Source: Acidimicrobiia bacterium (lineage in GTDB: Bacteria > Actinomycetota > Acidimicrobiia > Spongiisociales > SHLN01). Taken from it: a stretch of 64,000 bases of DNA. The DNA is taken from the NCBI GenBank assembly GCA_041619515.1, contig JBFKDW010000003.1, positions 18,828 through 82,827 of the forward strand. Direction: 5' to 3'. The translations under genes were made by a program, and so were the position numbers. Position 1 is the first letter of the stretch; each line of letters begins with the position of its first letter. Shown in pieces: positions 55,815-64,000 of the stretch. The notes under the pieces are model-generated. The model ran no database searches, was not told the DNA's origin, and saw only the letters and a program-made list of their open reading frames with translations.

Positions 55815-56912
55815 CTAGCCGGTGGGGCTCCCGATGACGCCTTCGACGAAGTAGTCCATGATGAAGATGTCGCCCAACGGCCGCGAGTTCCCGTCCTGAT
55901 CAACGATCGGGTCGGGGAGGACCGAGAACGTGCCGGCGATGATCTCCGCCTTGCGCTCCTCGATCAGCGTCCGCGTGTCGGCCGACACCGCTTCACCGAA
56001 CGGAGCGATATCCACCATGCCATCGGCCATGTTGCCGTAGTAGGCCTCAGAGGTCCACGTTCCGGCGGCAACATCCTGCGCAGTCTTGAGGTAGAACGGG
56101 CCCCAGTCCCAAATGGAGGCGGTCAGCCAGGCAGTCTCGGCGAACTCCTCCATGTCGGTGTTGTAGCCGACCCACTTGGCGCCCGCCGCTTCGGCGGTCT
56201 GACCGGGAGCCGCCGAGTCCTGGTGCATGGCGATGACGTCGGCACCGGCGTCGAGCAGCGATTGCGCGGCCGTGCCCTCAGTGGGGGGATCGAACCAGGT
56301 GGAGGTCCACACGACCTGTACCTGCGCGTCCGGGTTGATTTCGCGAACGCCCAGTGTGAACGCATTGATGCCGCGCAACACCTCGGGGATCGGGAAGGCC
56401 GCTACGTAGCCGATGAGATCGGCCGTGGTGGCCGCGCCCGCCGCCATGCCGCTGAGGTACCTGCCTTCCTCGGCTGCGCCGAAGTAGTTCCCCATGTTCT
56501 CGGCGGTCTTGAAGCCGGTGGCATGCATGAAGGTGACATCCGGATAGTTGGCGGCCGCCGCCAGCATCGGATCCATGTATCCGAACGACGTGCCGAAGAT
56601 GAGCTCGTTACCCTGCGCCGCCAGATCCTCGAACACTCGCTGTGAATCCGACCCCTCGGGGATCGACTCGAGCGTCGTGATCTCGACGTTCATGTTGGAC
56701 TCGAGGTACTTCGCCCCCTGGTCGTGGGCCCACGACCATCCTTTGTCGGCCACCGGGCCGACGTGGACGAAGGCCACCTTCATCGGGTCTGCTCCTGCGG
56801 TCGTCGGCGTCCCGCCATCGGTAGTGGTGTCGGTACTGTCGTCTCCGCCGCACGCTGCGGCCACGAGTGCCAGCGCCAGCAATACAGCAAATACTCGTCG
56901 TTTTGAAAGCAT
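55815..56912 (-). CDS. BMP-family ABC substrate-binding lipoprotein (paralog of 50781..52016)
   Basis: MLSKRRVFAVLLALALVAAACGGDD lipoprotein signal, nearly identical to the SBP1 N-terminus; BMP-family-like overall composition. Confidence 0.85.
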   Translation of the reverse strand: MLSKRRVFAVLLALALVAAACGGDDSTDTTTDGGTPTTAGADPMKVAFVHVGPVADKGWSWAHDQGAKYLESNMNVEITTLESIPEGSDSQRVFEDLAAQGNELIFGTSFGYMDPMLAAAANYPDVTFMHATGFKTAENMGNYFGAAEEGRYLSGMAAGAATTADLIGYVAAFPIPEVLRGINAFTLGVREINPDAQVQVVWTSTWFDPPTEGTAAQSLLDAGADVIAMHQDSAAPGQTAEAAGAKWVGYNTDMEEFAETAWLTASIWDWGPFYLKTAQDVAAGTWTSEAYYGNMADGMVDIAPFGEAVSADTRTLIEERKAEIIAGTFSVLPDPIVDQDGNSRPLGDIFIMDYFVEGVIGSPTG

Positions 56913-56933
56913 GGTTCGGCTCCTCCTCAGGTA

Positions 56934-56956
56934 ACCATCAGGTGGACTCTACGTCA
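56934..56956 (-). promoter_or_regulatory. second copy of the conserved promoter-proximal element (sense TGACGTAGAGTCCAcctgATGGT) 31 nt upstream of SBP gene 2
   Basis: See 52038..52060. The 5-prime UTR from the start codon to the element is about 85% identical between the two operons; similarity ends immediately upstream of the element. Confidence 0.4.
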
Positions 56957-57029
56957 TTGAGTTCCGTCGGGGGGAAACCCGGCCGGCCCCCACCGCCGGT
57001 GCGGGTGCCAACGCTGCCATGGACAACAC

Positions 57030-58322
57030 CTAGCCGGCGTCTTCGATCGCCTTCTCCAGCTTGTCGAATCCCTCGTCGGCTTCGGCTTCGGTGAGGGTCA
57101 GCGGCGGGGCGATTCGCAGGACATTTCCGTACAGGCCGCCTTTGCCGATCAAGAGGCCGTTGTCCTTGGCGCTTTCCATGATCCTGGCCGTCGTCTCGGG
57201 GTCGGGCTCCTTGGTGCCCGGCTTGACCAGCTCGACGCCGATCTGCAGGCCTTTGCCGCGCACGTCACCGACCATCGAGCCCTCCTCGTCGGCCAGGTGA
57301 TCCAGTCGCGATTTCAAATGGTTGCCCACTTTCAGCGAGTTGGTCTGCAAGTCGTTCTCGATGAGGTAGTTGATGTTGGCCAGCGCCCCCGCCGCCGCCA
57401 GTGGATTGCCCCCGAACGTGGAGATCGAGTTCGCTTTGATGCAGTCCATCACATCGGCGCGGGCAATGACACCACCCATGGCGAGCCCGTTGCCGACGCC
57501 TTTTGCAAACGTGATGAGGTCCGGCGTCAGCCCGTGGGCCTGGTAGCCCCAGAAGTTCTCACCCGTCCGGCCCCACCCGGTCTGCACCTCGTCCGATATG
57601 TACAGAATCCCGTATTCGTCGAGGACCTCTTTGAATGCGCCGAAGAACCCGTCGGGCGGGGTCGTGAAGCCTCCCACACCCTGGATGGGCTCGGCGATCA
57701 TTGCGGCCACATCCCCCGCAGTGGCGACGTCGATCATGTCGCGCAGATCGGCGACGCAGGCGGCGATGAACTCGTCGTCGGGAAGGTGCCCGAACGGGCT
57801 CCGGTACTTGTATCCGTTGTGAATGTAGGTGACGGCGAGAGGGCTGAGGGCGGTCGGCGACCACGATCGGTTGCCGGTGAGCGACACCGCCGCAAACGAC
57901 CGCCCGTGATAGCTGTTGCGCAGCGCCAGTATCTGATTGGACTGGCGGTGGATGGTGGAGAGCATCATGGCGGCATCGTTGGCCTCGGTGCCCGAGTTGG
58001 CGAAGAAGACCTTGGCGTTGGGGATTCCCGAGAGGCCGGCGATCTTCTCTGCCAGCTCGATCTGGGCTTCGATGAGGTAGAGCGTCGAGCTGTGCATGAT
58101 CCGAGCAGCCTGCTGCTGTACGGCTTCGATGATCTCGGGGATGTTGTAGCCGGTCATGGTGGTGAGAATGCCGCCGAAGAAGTCGAGGTACTCCTTGCCC
58201 TCGGCGTCCCACACCCTTCGCCCTTCACCCCTCACCAGGGAGATCGGCTGCTCGTAATAGAGGGCCAGCCAGGACGGCAGCACCTCCCGATGGCGGGCCA
58301 GCAGCTCCTCGTGTGTCGGCAT
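57030..58322 (-). CDS. class-III (omega) aminotransferase, probable beta-alanine / beta-aminoisobutyrate:2-oxoacid transaminase
   Basis: PLP fold-type I class-III motifs: SGTEANDAA, DEVQTGWGRTG, PLP-Lys TFAKGVGNG; 430 aa. Confidence 0.9.
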   Translation of the reverse strand: MPTHEELLARHREVLPSWLALYYEQPISLVRGEGRRVWDAEGKEYLDFFGGILTTMTGYNIPEIIEAVQQQAARIMHSSTLYLIEAQIELAEKIAGLSGIPNAKVFFANSGTEANDAAMMLSTIHRQSNQILALRNSYHGRSFAAVSLTGNRSWSPTALSPLAVTYIHNGYKYRSPFGHLPDDEFIAACVADLRDMIDVATAGDVAAMIAEPIQGVGGFTTPPDGFFGAFKEVLDEYGILYISDEVQTGWGRTGENFWGYQAHGLTPDLITFAKGVGNGLAMGGVIARADVMDCIKANSISTFGGNPLAAAGALANINYLIENDLQTNSLKVGNHLKSRLDHLADEEGSMVGDVRGKGLQIGVELVKPGTKEPDPETTARIMESAKDNGLLIGKGGLYGNVLRIAPPLTLTEAEADEGFDKLEKAIEDAG

Positions 58323-58345
58323 TGATCCTCCAGTCGCGGTATACC

Positions 58346-58359
58346 CGAAAGCTAGTCGA
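58346..58359 (-). promoter_or_regulatory. CAAAGCTAG-type element (cgaaagctagtcga) 24 nt upstream of the aminotransferase start
   Basis: Shares the 11-mer aaagctagtcg with 47073..47086 upstream of the dihydropyrimidinase gene. The sense strand reads TCGACTAGCTTTCG, with a TAGCTT (TAnnnT) hexamer. Confidence 0.3.
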
Positions 58360-58437
58360 GCCGAGTGATCATCTTCCCCGCCGCGGGCACGGGCCGCGAG
58401 CGTTCCGGCCGCGTGCCGCTCGGGGAGGAAAACGGGT

Positions 58438-58896
58438 CTACTTTCGCTTCTTGGTCGCTTGCCGGGCTGCCTCGACCTCGGTCACGAAGGTATCGACGCT
58501 GGTCTCGCCGATCGCCCTGCCGATCAGCTCGAGCGGCAGGTCTTCGAGTGCCTTGAAGCGAACGCATGACTTGCCCATGTCCAGCCTCTTGCCGGTTGCC
58601 CGATACGCATCGAGAAACGCCGCCCGGGTCTCATCCTGGGCGTAGACCGCGGTGAGATACACGGCCATGTGGTTCTTCTGATTGGCCAGCGCCGCGTACA
58701 TCAGGGGCTTCCCGTTGTAGGTGTGCGGGTGGGTGTCGAGCGGCACCTGATAGCTGATCATCCCCCAATTCATCGCCTCCTCGTACCCGTCGGGGAGATT
58801 CGCCAGGATCTCGGCTCGGACCGCCTCGATGGCGGTGCGCCGGTCGGGCGGCAGCGAGGCGAGATACTCCTCGACCGTTTCGGCTCCCGATTGCAC
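58438..58896 (-). CDS. DUF1801 (YdhG-like) domain-containing protein
   Basis: Only the C-terminal 152 codons of track ORF 58438..59625 are taken, read as a DUF1801-like YdhG fold (AETVEEYLASLPPDRRTAIEAVRAEILANLPDGYEEAMNWGMISY...). GTG start at 58896, 6 nt after the ureidopropionase stop. Confidence 0.5.
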   Translation of the reverse strand: MQSGAETVEEYLASLPPDRRTAIEAVRAEILANLPDGYEEAMNWGMISYQVPLDTHPHTYNGKPLMYAALANQKNHMAVYLTAVYAQDETRAAFLDAYRATGKRLDMGKSCVRFKALEDLPLELIGRAIGETSVDTFVTEVEAARQATKKRK

Positions 58897-58901
58897 GGGA
58901 G

Positions 58902-59744
58902 TTACGGAGCAACCAGCGGTGAGTAGGCGTCGGGCCGGCGATCCCGGTAGAACGCCCAGGTCTTGCGGACCTCCTCGACCATGTCGAGATCGAGGTCGCG
59001 GACCACCAGCTCCTCCTCGGAGTCCGAAGCGGCCCCGTCGATGATCTGGCCACGCGGGTCGACGAAGTACGACGACCCGTAGTAGTCGTTGTCCCCAAAC
59101 GGCTCCTTGCCGACCCGGTTGATGGCGCCGATGAAGTATTCGTTGGCGACGGCGGCCGCCGGCTGTTCCAGGTTCCATAGATACATCGACAGGCCCCGGC
59201 TCGTAGCCGACGGGTTGAAGACGATCTTGGCGCCGGCCAGGCCGAGCGCCCTCCACCCCTCCGGGAAATGGCGGTCGTAACAGATGTAGACGCCGATGCG
59301 CCCAACGGCCGTGTCGAAGATCGGATACCCCATGTTGCCGGGACGGAAATAGAACTTCTCCCAGAAGCCGTTCACGTGCGGGATGTGGGTCTTGCGGTAC
59401 TTGCCGAGGTAGGTGCCGTCGGCGTCGACCACCCCTGCCGTGTTGTAGAAGAAGCCGTCGTCTTCTTTCTCGAAGATCGGAACGACGATGACCATGCCCG
59501 TCTCTTTGGCGAGGTCCTGCATCAGCCTGGTCGTCGGGCCGTCGGGAATCGGCTCGGCGTAGTCGAAATGCTCGTTCTCCTGGACGGAACAGAAGTACGG
59601 GCTGTAGAACAGCTCCTGAAAGCACATGACCTGGGCACCGTCGGCCGCCGCCTGCCTCGCATAGTCGACGTTCTTCTTCAACATCGAGTCCTTGTCACCC
59701 GTCCATTCGGTCTGGACGATGGCGGCCCGCACCACATTCCCCAT
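58902..59744 (-). CDS. beta-ureidopropionase / N-carbamoyl-beta-amino-acid amidohydrolase (nitrilase-superfamily C-N hydrolase)
   Basis: Nitrilase-superfamily catalytic triad context: VVRAAIVQTEW...MCFQELF (Glu), RKTH (Lys), GVYICYDRHFPE (Cys). ATG at 59744 preceded by aaggag. Confidence 0.85.
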   Translation of the reverse strand: MGNVVRAAIVQTEWTGDKDSMLKKNVDYARQAAADGAQVMCFQELFYSPYFCSVQENEHFDYAEPIPDGPTTRLMQDLAKETGMVIVVPIFEKEDDGFFYNTAGVVDADGTYLGKYRKTHIPHVNGFWEKFYFRPGNMGYPIFDTAVGRIGVYICYDRHFPEGWRALGLAGAKIVFNPSATSRGLSMYLWNLEQPAAAVANEYFIGAINRVGKEPFGDNDYYGSSYFVDPRGQIIDGAASDSEEELVVRDLDLDMVEEVRKTWAFYRDRRPDAYSPLVAP

Positions 59745-59769
59745 AGCTGCTCCTTCTTTGGCAGTCATG

Positions 59770-59789
59770 CAAAGTTAGCGGAAGTCACA
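59770..59789 (-). promoter_or_regulatory. CAAAGTTAG + AAGTCACAG elements 26 nt upstream of the beta-ureidopropionase start
   Basis: caaagttagcggaagtcacag resembles the caaagctag / gagtcacaag pair at 47062..47086, in the opposite order. Confidence 0.3.
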
Positions 59790-59954
59790 GCTGGGAGTGG
59801 GTCGTCGCCGGCGCCGGTGCGTCTTGGGTCCCGGCTCGTGGTTTCCCGAAATGAGATAGCGTTTGGGCGCGACGCGGCCATCCGGAAACAGGCTTGCCTC
59901 TCAATACCGCAGGACCCGATGTGCCCGGGACGCCGGCGGGGGAAAGGATCGGAC

Positions 59955-60437
59955 ATGACGAAAGACGCTCTCCGCACCCACGATGTGGCCAGTCTCCTTC
60001 ACGGCGCGTTCGGAGGGGACAGCTTCGGTCGCCGGGCCGAGAGTTTCGCCCGGTTCTTCGGGACCCCCCGGTTTCTCATCGCGCAGACGGTGTTGGTCGC
60101 GGCGTGGATCGCCGTCAACGCCGCGGCAGTGGCGTTGCGCTGGGACCCGTATCCCTTCATTCTGCTCAACCTGATGTTCTCTCTTCAGGCGGCATACGCC
60201 GCCCCTCTCATCCTGCTGGCCCAGACACGCCAGGCCGATCGTGACAAGGCTCTTTCCGACGCCGACAAAGCCCACCGTGAAGCCCTGGCCGGAGCCGCCC
60301 TCCAGCGTCAGGAGATCGCCGAGCAGCAGACCGCCGGGTTGCGGCGGCTGCTCGAGCAGAACACTCGCCTCACCGAGCAGGTCGAGCGCCTCACCATCGA
60401 GATTCACGGCCGGGTGGTCGGCCAGACCGGTATGTGA
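59955..60437 (+). CDS. DUF1003 domain-containing membrane protein
   Basis: ATG at 59955 (MTKDALRTH). Two TM helices (FLIAQTVLVAAWIAVNAAAV, PFILLNLMFSLQAAYAAPLILL), then a C-terminal coiled coil; consistent with DUF1003-type two-helix membrane proteins. Confidence 0.65.
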   Translation: MTKDALRTHDVASLLHGAFGGDSFGRRAESFARFFGTPRFLIAQTVLVAAWIAVNAAAVALRWDPYPFILLNLMFSLQAAYAAPLILLAQTRQADRDKALSDADKAHREALAGAALQRQEIAEQQTAGLRRLLEQNTRLTEQVERLTIEIHGRVVGQTGM

Positions 60438-60481
60438 TCGGCACCCACACACCAGCCCTCCCATTGGTCGGCCGGTTCTCC

Positions 60482-61672
60482 CTAGCGCCGGCGCCGAAAG
60501 AGGCCGTCCAAAAACCCGCCGAACCAGAGAACGGCGGCTCCCGCCAGGGCGATAACCGCAACCGCTGCTCCCAGCAGCAAGCCGGTACGAGAAGCCGGGC
60601 TCCCCTCGATTGTCAGCACATATCGGGCGACGTCCTGCACCTGGGTGGCATCGAGGACGCCTTCGAAGTCCGGCATTCGGCCTGCGTGAATACCGAACAC
60701 CTCCGAGACGATCTCGTTGGCCGACAGTCTCGTGCCGGCCAGCGACGGTCCTAATCCCCCGCCGGCGTCCAGCCCGTGACAGGCGGCACAGCTCGCGACA
60801 TAGACTTCCCTGCCGAGGGCCACCGCGGTCGGCGAATCCGCCCCTGCGTCCGACGCTCCGGTCGACTCCACGTACGCGACCAGCGCGGTTGTGTCGGCGG
60901 AAGTGAGGATCTCCGAGAAAGAGGGCATGTTGCCCCGACCGTTGCTAATGACCGAAACCATCTCCACATCGGTCAGCGCCGAGTGCTTGAGCGCTGGGCC
61001 AGACCCACCGGCGGCGTCGGGGCCGTGGCAGCGGGCACAATTATCGGCAAACAGGCCGGCACCCAGGGCCACGAGCGATGGCTGGGAGGTATCAGGGGGT
61101 TCGGCTCCGAGGCCTTCGACGAACGCTACGAGCGCGGCTACGTCATCCGGGGAGATCCGGTCGGCGAACCCGGGCATTGTGCCCTTGCCCTGATTAACCG
61201 CATCGGTCAACTCATCTCGGGAGAGCACCGCGGTCCTGAGATTGGGCCCGAGCCCACCCTCCCCGTCGGGACCATGACAGTTGGCGCAGCTCTCGGCATA
61301 GATGGCAGCGCCATCTGTCGTCGTCGCGCCGTTGGATGCGAGAGCACCGACAAAGGAGACCAGCTCATCGACCTGCCCCGGAGTAAGGGTCGGTCCGAAC
61401 GCAGGCATCAGACTCGAGCCGTTGGTGATGATCTCAATGAGATCGTCGCCCTCCATCTGGCTGCCGGTGAGCCCGGGACCGAAAGCGGTCCCTTCCCCCG
61501 CACGACCATGGCAGGCGGCACACAGCCGCGTGTAGGCCTCGCTCGGCTCGCCCGTCTGAGACACTATCGGAGCAGCCTGACCTCGCTCGGAGCCGAGCAG
61601 CACCGCAAGAACCAATAGCACCCCGACGCCAATCACTCGAACCAGCGATCTGCGTTCCGCCCATAGGGCCAT
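60482..61672 (-). CDS. membrane-anchored c-type cytochrome with four class-I cytochrome c domains
   Basis: Four CxxCH motifs (CAACHGRAGEG, CANCHGPDGEG, CARCHGPDAAG, CAACHGLDAGG), each followed by a Met-ligand MPxF motif (LMPAF, GTMPGF, GNMPSF, GRMPDF). N-terminal signal/TM and C-terminal TM helix. Its start overlaps the upstream stop (ATGA). Confidence 0.8.
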   Translation of the reverse strand: MALWAERRSLVRVIGVGVLLVLAVLLGSERGQAAPIVSQTGEPSEAYTRLCAACHGRAGEGTAFGPGLTGSQMEGDDLIEIITNGSSLMPAFGPTLTPGQVDELVSFVGALASNGATTTDGAAIYAESCANCHGPDGEGGLGPNLRTAVLSRDELTDAVNQGKGTMPGFADRISPDDVAALVAFVEGLGAEPPDTSQPSLVALGAGLFADNCARCHGPDAAGGSGPALKHSALTDVEMVSVISNGRGNMPSFSEILTSADTTALVAYVESTGASDAGADSPTAVALGREVYVASCAACHGLDAGGGLGPSLAGTRLSANEIVSEVFGIHAGRMPDFEGVLDATQVQDVARYVLTIEGSPASRTGLLLGAAVAVIALAGAAVLWFGGFLDGLFRRRR

Positions 61673-63042
61673 CAGCGGGCGGCTCCTGCTGCGATCCAGT
61701 CGACGATCACCCGGATGTCGGAGTCGGACAGGCTGCCGGCGGGCGGCATCAGGCTCCCAAAAGTCTGCGTGCCGAGGAGCTTCTGGACGAGGATGCTCCC
61801 CTCGGGATCGCCCGGGATCACCGCCGGCCCGTTGTCGCCGGAATTGAGGACAGAGTCATAGTCGGCTGCCGACCAGCCTCCGAACGTCCCGTGGCAACTC
61901 GAGCAGTTCGGCTGCAGTATTCCCTGAACATCAGCAAAGCCGGGGGTGGCGGCCGCGCCGGCCACCGTGGTCGTCGTGGTGGAGATTGGAGCGGAGCCAC
62001 CGTTGCCCACCGGCACCTCGTCGGCGAGCACGTCGCGAGCTTCGAGCAGGAAGGCGTGGATGGTGTCCAGATCGGCATCGCTGAGATCGCTGGCGGCGTA
62101 GGCGGGCATGCCACCGGGAAGGCCCGTCCGGACCACGGTCCCCAACCATTGTCTGGTGGCGAATACCGGCGACCTGGCAGAGGCAGCACCCTGGGCGTCG
62201 ATGCCATGGCAACCTGCGCAGCCGAGTTTCAAGAACTGGGCCCGGCCGTCGGCCACCGCATCACCGGTGAGCACAGCATCGTCGACGAGGCCAGGACCCG
62301 GGTAGACATAGGCAGCATCGAGGTACGCAACCGGCGAGCGGCTATAACCCTCCGGATCGAGATTGTGGTGTGTGTCGGGGCTCCGGATGAGCACAGCCAC
62401 GAGACCGACTGCGAGAAGCACCATGACTCCGGTTGCGATGGCCGCGACGTTGATGCGGCCCATTCGCCGACGTCCGTTCGGAGACTGCTCATCCTCAGGC
62501 GTCGTCGTGTCGTCATCTTCCTCCCGGTGGGTGCGGGATACCCGCATCATCCAGGACGCGGCCACGATCATGATCGCCCATACGACTGCGATTACCAGGG
62601 TCACCAACCATGATCCCAACCCGGGGATCTCCACGCCTGCCTCCGACGCCACAATCTGCGGACCGTTGTTCACGCCGATAGTGAGTCCGGCTTGCTGCGT
62701 TTCTGTGCCGTCGCCAACTTCCAGCCGCACCCGGTGAACTCCACGAACGCTGAACACGAGCGGAAAGGTGGCGACGCCCAGACCGTTCGTCACGACCGCG
62801 CCGAGCCGAATCTCGCCGCTGACGCCGGCAAAGAAGGAATCGGCAAAGAACACGACTGTTGCACCCGGCACCGGTGTGCCGTCCGCCAGGTGGACGCTGG
62901 CGCCAATCTCCAGCTCCTCGCCGACGATCACCTCCTGGGGTCCCGAGGCTTCGATCACGAGGTGGGCGGCGCCGGCAACGCCGGGGAGAGCGCCGATCGC
63001 CATTGCTGCCGCCAGCGTCACTGTGAAGAATCGTCGCATCAT
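61672..63042 (-). CDS. membrane-bound diheme c-type cytochrome with N-terminal Ig-like periplasmic domain
   Basis: Signal peptide MMRRFFTVTLAAAMAIGALPGVAGA; beta-rich domain; two TM helices; two CxxCH motifs (CAGCHG, CSSCHG) with GGMPAY / SLMPPAG Met motifs. Its ATG overlaps the NrfD stop (ATGATGA). Confidence 0.75.
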   Translation of the reverse strand: MMRRFFTVTLAAAMAIGALPGVAGAAHLVIEASGPQEVIVGEELEIGASVHLADGTPVPGATVVFFADSFFAGVSGEIRLGAVVTNGLGVATFPLVFSVRGVHRVRLEVGDGTETQQAGLTIGVNNGPQIVASEAGVEIPGLGSWLVTLVIAVVWAIMIVAASWMMRVSRTHREEDDDTTTPEDEQSPNGRRRMGRINVAAIATGVMVLLAVGLVAVLIRSPDTHHNLDPEGYSRSPVAYLDAAYVYPGPGLVDDAVLTGDAVADGRAQFLKLGCAGCHGIDAQGAASARSPVFATRQWLGTVVRTGLPGGMPAYAASDLSDADLDTIHAFLLEARDVLADEVPVGNGGSAPISTTTTTVAGAAATPGFADVQGILQPNCSSCHGTFGGWSAADYDSVLNSGDNGPAVIPGDPEGSILVQKLLGTQTFGSLMPPAGSLSDSDIRVIVDWIAAGAAR

Positions 63043-64000
63043 GTGACAGCCTCTCCGGAGGCCGGGAGCCGCGCCGCGGCCCGCACATCCTGCTCCTCGA
63101 CCATCTCGTAGACGGCCATGATCGGAAAGACCTTGACGAACAGGGTGACGAGGAGGGCAAAGAACGCAAAGCCGCCGGCGGTTATCGACCACTCGACCCA
63201 CGTGGGAGCGTAGTTGGCAGGCTCATAAGGCAGCAGCGGGGCCCGCAGACCCGTGACGACGATGAAGTACCGCTCCACCCACATCGCCAAGTCGACTAGG
63301 ACGGCCGCGCTGACGATGCCGGAGATCGTCCGCATCCGCGGGATGGACATGAGAAGGATCGGGATGATGAGGCCACCGATGAGATAGAACCAGAAGTAGG
63401 GGGCGAACTCGGCGACGAACAGCTGCCGGAAGATGAACTCAGACCCTTCCTCGAACTTGAAGCCGGCGGTCACGTACTCGGAGATATTGGCGTAGAGCAT
63501 CACGCCGGCCATCGCCGCCATCAAGAATCCGAGGTATTGGAAATGCTTCTCAGTCAGGAACTCCTCTAACCGGTACACGCGACGCAGGAGCGCCATCATG
63601 ATGATGAGCGTGGCGATCCCCGAGAAGATGGCGCCCGCTACGAAGAAGAAGCCGAAGATGGCACTATTCCACGCCTCTCGCAGCGTCATTGCGAAGATCC
63701 AGGACACAACGGTGTGCACGGACACCGCGATGGGAATGATGAGGATCATCATGATGGAGATCGACGAATGGAGCTGGCTCTTCTGGGTGTCGGTACCCTT
63801 CCAGTTGATGGCGAGGAGCCGATAGAGACCGCTCCTCCAGCGGGCCACCTTGCCTCCCAACCGATCGCGAAAGAACGCCAGATCGGGGATCATCGGCAGA
63901 TACAGGTACAGCAGGCTGGCGGTCAAGTAGGTGGTCACCGCCACGACGTCCCACACGATCGGCGATTGCCAGCGCCCGTGGGCGATCACAAGGAGAAACC
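63039..64000 (-). CDS. NrfD/PsrC-family polysulfide-reductase-like integral membrane subunit (5-prime truncated by window edge)
   Basis: At least eight TM helices with NrfD-like topology and composition. The ORF runs off the window end at 64000, and the first M in the track is not the true start. Confidence 0.75.
   Translation of the reverse strand, partial: FLLVIAHGRWQSPIVWDVVAVTTYLTASLLYLYLPMIPDLAFFRDRLGGKVARWRSGLYRLLAINWKGTDTQKSQLHSSISIMMILIIPIAVSVHTVVSWIFAMTLREAWNSAIFGFFFVAGAIFSGIATLIIMMALLRRVYRLEEFLTEKHFQYLGFLMAAMAGVMLYANISEYVTAGFKFEEGSEFIFRQLFVAEFAPYFWFYLIGGLIIPILLMSIPRMRTISGIVSAAVLVDLAMWVERYFIVVTGLRAPLLPYEPANYAPTWVEWSITAGGFAFFALLVTLFVKVFPIMAVYEMVEEQDVRAAARLPASGEAVT

Overview
The window is a 64-kb stretch of a high-GC (about 70%) chromosome, most likely actinobacterial or a similar Gram-positive-type genome; the ORF track is dense with antisense frame artefacts. 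I support about 58 protein-coding genes and found no rRNA, tRNA, CRISPR array, transposase or integrase. About 40 of these carry a recognisable family motif that I name explicitly. The rest are called on ORF length, strand context, start-codon/RBS placement and composition only.

In order along the window:
- **1-10.5 kb:** a 5-prime-truncated ABC importer ATPase, an SRPBCC protein, a zinc metallopeptidase, an LCP envelope protein, a YihY/BrkB membrane protein, pspA behind a strong terminator with an upstream membrane protein, proC, a LonN-domain protein, and a coupled PAS/MBL-hydrolase pair.
- **10.6-16 kb:** an ECF sigma factor whose anti-sigma carries two tandem Cys-containing DUF4232-like extracytoplasmic repeats, a fumarylacetoacetase and a ferric-reductase-like membrane protein.
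- **16-21 kb:** hisC, a hybrid sensor kinase, an L,D-transpeptidase and a DUF2461 protein.
- **21.2-24.5 kb:** two translationally coupled dynamin-like GTPases.
- **24.5-28.7 kb:** an MBL hydrolase, a YbaK deacylase, VOC, amidohydrolase and DUF427 proteins.
- **28.8-30.1 kb:** a second ECF sigma factor overlapping a fused O6-alkylguanine methyltransferase plus Ada zinc methyl-sensor domain that has no AraC HTH.
- **31.4-34 kb:** a rhomboid protease, a stand-alone LigD polymerase domain convergent with an ATP-dependent DNA ligase, and no Ku.
- **34-36.3 kb:** a CGWC glutaredoxin, archease and RtcB RNA-repair module.
- **36.3-43 kb:** a disordered Pro/Ala-rich membrane protein with 153-165-bp tandem repeats, a CAP-domain protein with a poly-Thr linker, DUF3179, and an SGNH hydrolase that shares a repeat module with the transpeptidase.
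- **43.0-59.8 kb:** a minus-strand island for reductive pyrimidine catabolism: dihydropyrimidinase, methylmalonate-semialdehyde dehydrogenase, class-III aminotransferase, beta-ureidopropionase, DUF1801, and two tandem BMP-family ABC uptake systems. It has no recognisable dihydropyrimidine dehydrogenase; a co-operonic luciferase-like (F420-class) oxidoreductase is my candidate for that missing step.
- **60.5 kb to the edge:** an NrfD-family membrane protein coupled to two membrane-anchored multi-domain c-type cytochromes (six CxxCH motifs in total).

Conserved promoter-proximal DNA elements recur upstream of the catabolic operons, and several intrinsic-terminator-like hairpins are mapped.
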